A DNA stretch of 16,646 nucleotides, taken from the NCBI GenBank assembly GCA_964645535.1, contig CAZYCQ010000018.1, positions 33,603 to 50,248 on the forward strand, written 5' to 3'. Made by a program: the position numbers and the translations under genes. Positions 14,444-16,646 of the stretch are shown here, in pieces; the first letter of the stretch is position 1, and every line of letters starts with the position of its first letter. The stretch is from an uncultured archaeon. Its GTDB lineage: Archaea; Asgardarchaeota; Heimdallarchaeia; Heimdallarchaeales; Kariarchaeaceae. Under the pieces are notes generated by a model, which was given only the letters and a program-made list of their open reading frames with translations, made no database searches and was not told the origin of the DNA.

Positions 14444-15607
14444 TTGGTGAGGGCCGCTTGTTTGTTGCTTCTTGTTCTTGTACTGCCTGTCAATGGCTAT
14501 CTTGAAGTGAATGACGTTGATCAATTCACTTTAATGCCCCCAACTCGGATATCTATTAATCTAGGTAATCCCTATGCCTTCTGGATAAATATAACTGCCT
14601 ATTCATTTTTAGGTGAGAGAAGTGTTTTTCCTCCAAATAGGCTTCATATCACGGATGCAACTGCTGAGGGTAAATATTTCCTTGTGGCATTCTACGCGAG
14701 AAATGTTTCCGTTCCTCCAACAATTGGAGCCGTTGTAGACCAATACTTCAAGGAATTGCCATATACCATCAATTCAAACGGTATCTCTGATCCGTCGTGG
14801 GAGGGTACATGGTGGGATGAACTGAATGACGATGGCAATTACACAGCAATCCAACCCCTGAAGGTGGATGGCAATGCATCTGTTGATCTCGGATTGAAGC
14901 CCGGACGGTTCTCTGACTCTGCACTCTTCGCAATTTACTTTGAAGGTAATTCCAGTGCTGAAATGACCGTATCCGTAGTGCAGGATCACTACAAATACTA
15001 TGGCATCCGTCCGAAAGAAGTTTCTCTTTCTTCTGAAAGTATTTTTAGGGAGACGGCAGAACAGATGCTTGATGTTGGAGAAATGGTCGTCGAATTGCAT
15101 AACATTTCTGCACAAGGAATTTTGACAATCCTGCTGATGTCCAATACAGACGTCAATGATCATGACAATTATTTGGATTACCTCAACGGGTATTCATTTG
15201 TTGAAAACTTTTCAACTCACCTGCCCAATACGAGCAATATTTCTACCTTTGCAAAGAGATTGGATAAAGACCATATGGAGATTGCTTCCTTGGTTCAAGT
15301 CACGATAGATGGTTTCTTGCCCCATATTTTCCTAAACACTTGGTTCATTGTGACAAAGGAGTTTGTCACGACCTATGTTCCTTATCCAGATTTAAATCCT
15401 GAAGAATCTTTGGTTCTTTTATTCTATGAAGGCACTGGAAAAGCGGAATTCGTTTTTGAAAGCTATATGGTACGGACAGGATTGCTATTTCCTGCCTCAT
15501 TTGATGAACTTCCCGTCTATTCTGAAACCAGATCGGTTTCTCTTTCTCTTGCTGGTGTCTTCATGATTCCACTGCTTTTGAGAAAAAGAAGGCGGCTACG
15601 TAAATAG
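14444..15607 (+). CDS. Secreted, C-terminally membrane-anchored surface glycoprotein candidate, unknown fold
   Basis: The TTG start at 14444 is preceded by GGAGG at 14430-14434. The signal peptide is (M)VRAACLLLLVLVLPVNG. There are nine N-x-S/T sequons. The C-terminus is a TM segment plus basic tail, LSLAGVFMIPLLLRKRRRLRK. Confidence 0.8.
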   Translation: MVRAACLLLLVLVLPVNGYLEVNDVDQFTLMPPTRISINLGNPYAFWINITAYSFLGERSVFPPNRLHITDATAEGKYFLVAFYARNVSVPPTIGAVVDQYFKELPYTINSNGISDPSWEGTWWDELNDDGNYTAIQPLKVDGNASVDLGLKPGRFSDSALFAIYFEGNSSAEMTVSVVQDHYKYYGIRPKEVSLSSESIFRETAEQMLDVGEMVVELHNISAQGILTILLMSNTDVNDHDNYLDYLNGYSFVENFSTHLPNTSNISTFAKRLDKDHMEIASLVQVTIDGFLPHIFLNTWFIVTKEFVTTYVPYPDLNPEESLVLLFYEGTGKAEFVFESYMVRTGLLFPASFDELPVYSETRSVSLSLAGVFMIPLLLRKRRRLRK

Positions 15608-15696
15608 CTTTCCCGGCAAAACATCATGCTTATGCCTTTGATCAAACATTCCTTAAGTTCCTCTTGGATTTCCTCCCGTTGCTTGCCGGGAAAAGC
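15607..15696. repeat. Long-range inverted repeat (13 bp with one bulge, ~61-nt loop) starting at the stop codon of the surface-protein gene
   Basis: GCTTTCCCGGCAA (15607-15619) is complementary to TTGCCGGGAAAAGC (15683-15696), with one extra A. The loop is pyrimidine-rich on the + strand, with TTCCT three times. Confidence 0.5.
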
Positions 15697-15798
15697 CATA
15701 ATGGATGACTGGCCAAGATTTAAGGTTAGAAGGACGAATCAATTTACACAATATGATTATTTGAAAGCTTATTATACGTCCCAATTCAATAAATACGC

Positions 15799-16296
15799 AT
15801 GAGAGTTGCCATTATCGGTTCAAACCAGGGCAATGAGATTCTTAATGCTTTTGCTTATAGGGCAGGACGATTTCTCATGGATGAGGGCCATACCATAATC
15901 AATGGAGGTATGGGAGGAATCATGGAAGCAAGCGCAAAAGGCGCACACTCTTCTCCTTCATTTGAACCCCACAGACTTATAGCCATCCTTCCCTTGGAAA
16001 ATCCCTCCAAAGGGAATGCCCATTCCGGTGTGAAAATCGCCACTCATCTAGGTAAAGGACGAAATTACCTTATCATACTCAATGCTGAAGCCGTGCTTGC
16101 CATAGGGGGCGGAGCAGGAACACTGAACGAAATGGCAACCGCTTGGGAACTCAATCGACCCATTGCCGCCTTTGTCGGGGGTGGTGGCTGGTCTGAAGAG
16201 CTTGCCGGCAAATCTATTGATAGCCGACGAAAGGACACAATTTATCCCGTCCACAGCATTGATGATCTCAGAGATTGGCTATTGACCCATTCTTGA
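15799..16296 (+). CDS. LOG / TIGR00725-family Rossmann-fold protein ('lysine decarboxylase-like', SLOG superfamily)
   Basis: The 165-aa protein has INGGMGGIMEASAKGA and AIGGGAGTLNEMATAWE, the GGxGGxM and GGxGTxxE signatures of the family. Confidence 0.85.
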   Translation: MRVAIIGSNQGNEILNAFAYRAGRFLMDEGHTIINGGMGGIMEASAKGAHSSPSFEPHRLIAILPLENPSKGNAHSGVKIATHLGKGRNYLIILNAEAVLAIGGGAGTLNEMATAWELNRPIAAFVGGGGWSEELAGKSIDSRRKDTIYPVHSIDDLRDWLLTHS

Positions 16297-16410
16297 TAAA
16301 CCTCTAAATGATGGATGGTTATCAATGACAAATGCATAAACGGACGGACTGCCGATTTATGGGACTTTGCAATCCAATAATCTGCATTTTGGGGGGAATA
16401 CATTATATTC

Positions 16411-16500
16411 TGTTAATTTGACAAGTCCACCTGTAATTTGACTCATTTACTCGTCGTATCTACTTAACCTCCTGCTGTTGGTCAATAACCATATTTTGAC
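16411..16500 (+). promoter_or_regulatory. Tandem TGT(T)AATTTGAC direct repeat plus a third TTTGACA box in a 300-nt non-coding region
   Basis: TGTTAATTTGAC lies at 16411-16422 and TGTAATTTGAC at 16432-16442, so the TTTGAC boxes start 20 nt apart. A third box, TTTGAC, lies at 16495-16500. Confidence 0.35.
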
Positions 16501-16595
16501 AATTCGTCTGTTTGAATGTAATGTTTCTGAAAATCTCATGCATCTTACTGACTTCTCATCTCAACTGATTTAACTTATGTTGTTCGGAAACGAAC

Positions 16596-16646
16596 ATGGC
16601 TTGGGATGCCAGTTTCAAGAATTTTCTCAAAACCTTTCTCAATACG
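16596..16646 (+). CDS. Possible 5' end of a CDS running out of the window (MAWDASFKNFLKTFLNT...)
   Basis: ATG 16596 is open to the window edge and preceded by 300 nt of non-coding, promoter-like sequence. The opposite strand is also open (…RIEKGFEKILETGIPSHVRFRTT*, stop at 16575-16577), so orientation is unresolved. Confidence 0.25.
   Translation, partial: MAWDASFKNFLKTFLNT

Noticed and set aside
15517-15699. 60-aa minus-strand ORF (MAFPGKQREEIQ...)
   Set aside because: It overlaps the 3' end of the convergent surface-protein gene by about 90 nt, and its ends coincide with the arms of the inverted repeat. It is more likely a by-product of that structure.
16308-16314. C-box-like ATGATGG suggesting a C/D box sRNA in the terminal non-coding region
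   Set aside because: There is no properly spaced D' box, C' box or D (CTGA) box partner and no terminal stem. The CTGA occurrences at about 16527-16570 are too far away.
1-16646. Search for CRISPR arrays, IS elements, transposases, integrases, toxin-antitoxin pairs or tRNA-flanking att repeats
   Set aside because: I saw no regularly spaced direct repeats and no ORF with transposase, integrase or recombinase motifs. There is no duplicate of the tRNA-Thr 3' half. The AbrB-domain protein is far too long to be a MazE-type antitoxin and has no toxin partner.

Overview
Archaeal chromosomal segment: it carries ribosomal protein LX/eL20, prefoldin alpha, a DTD2-type deacylase, an archaeal-type MtaB and FtsY, and I saw no bacterial markers. 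It is moderately AT-rich by eye and densely coded. I support 15 complete CDS and one tRNA-Thr(UGU); a 16th, partial CDS at the right edge is only tentative. Positions 150-5938 form a co-directional housekeeping block: a circularly permuted YlqF-type GTPase, an AbrB-domain protein with a long acidic C-terminal region, an IMPase/FBPase-family phosphatase, DTD2, LX, prefoldin alpha and a tRNA methylthiotransferase. From 5941 to 15607 the content changes to lineage-specific envelope genes. These are a minus-strand MFS-like 12-TM protein with a soluble Roadblock-like C-terminal domain, a divergent all-TPR protein, and two paralogous 7-TM proteins. Each 7-TM gene lies upstream of a gene for a signal-peptide, sequon-rich, C-terminally anchored surface protein, one of them a roughly 14-coil parallel beta-helix. 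tRNA-Thr and ftsY are embedded between the two copies. A LOG/TIGR00725-family gene and a 300-nt non-coding region close the window. The best candidate for an undescribed system is the duplicated cassette of 7-TM protein plus anchored surface glycoprotein (9472-15607), followed by the MFS-Roadblock-like fusion with its TPR neighbour. Other second-look items: a 5S rRNA-like fragment at the left edge, TTTGAC(A) boxes concentrated in two long intergenic regions, a 13-bp long-range inverted repeat at 15607-15696, and a G6/C6 hairpin right after the tRNA. I saw no CRISPR array, transposase, integrase or obvious att duplication. All functional calls come from motif recognition by eye, and no searches were run.
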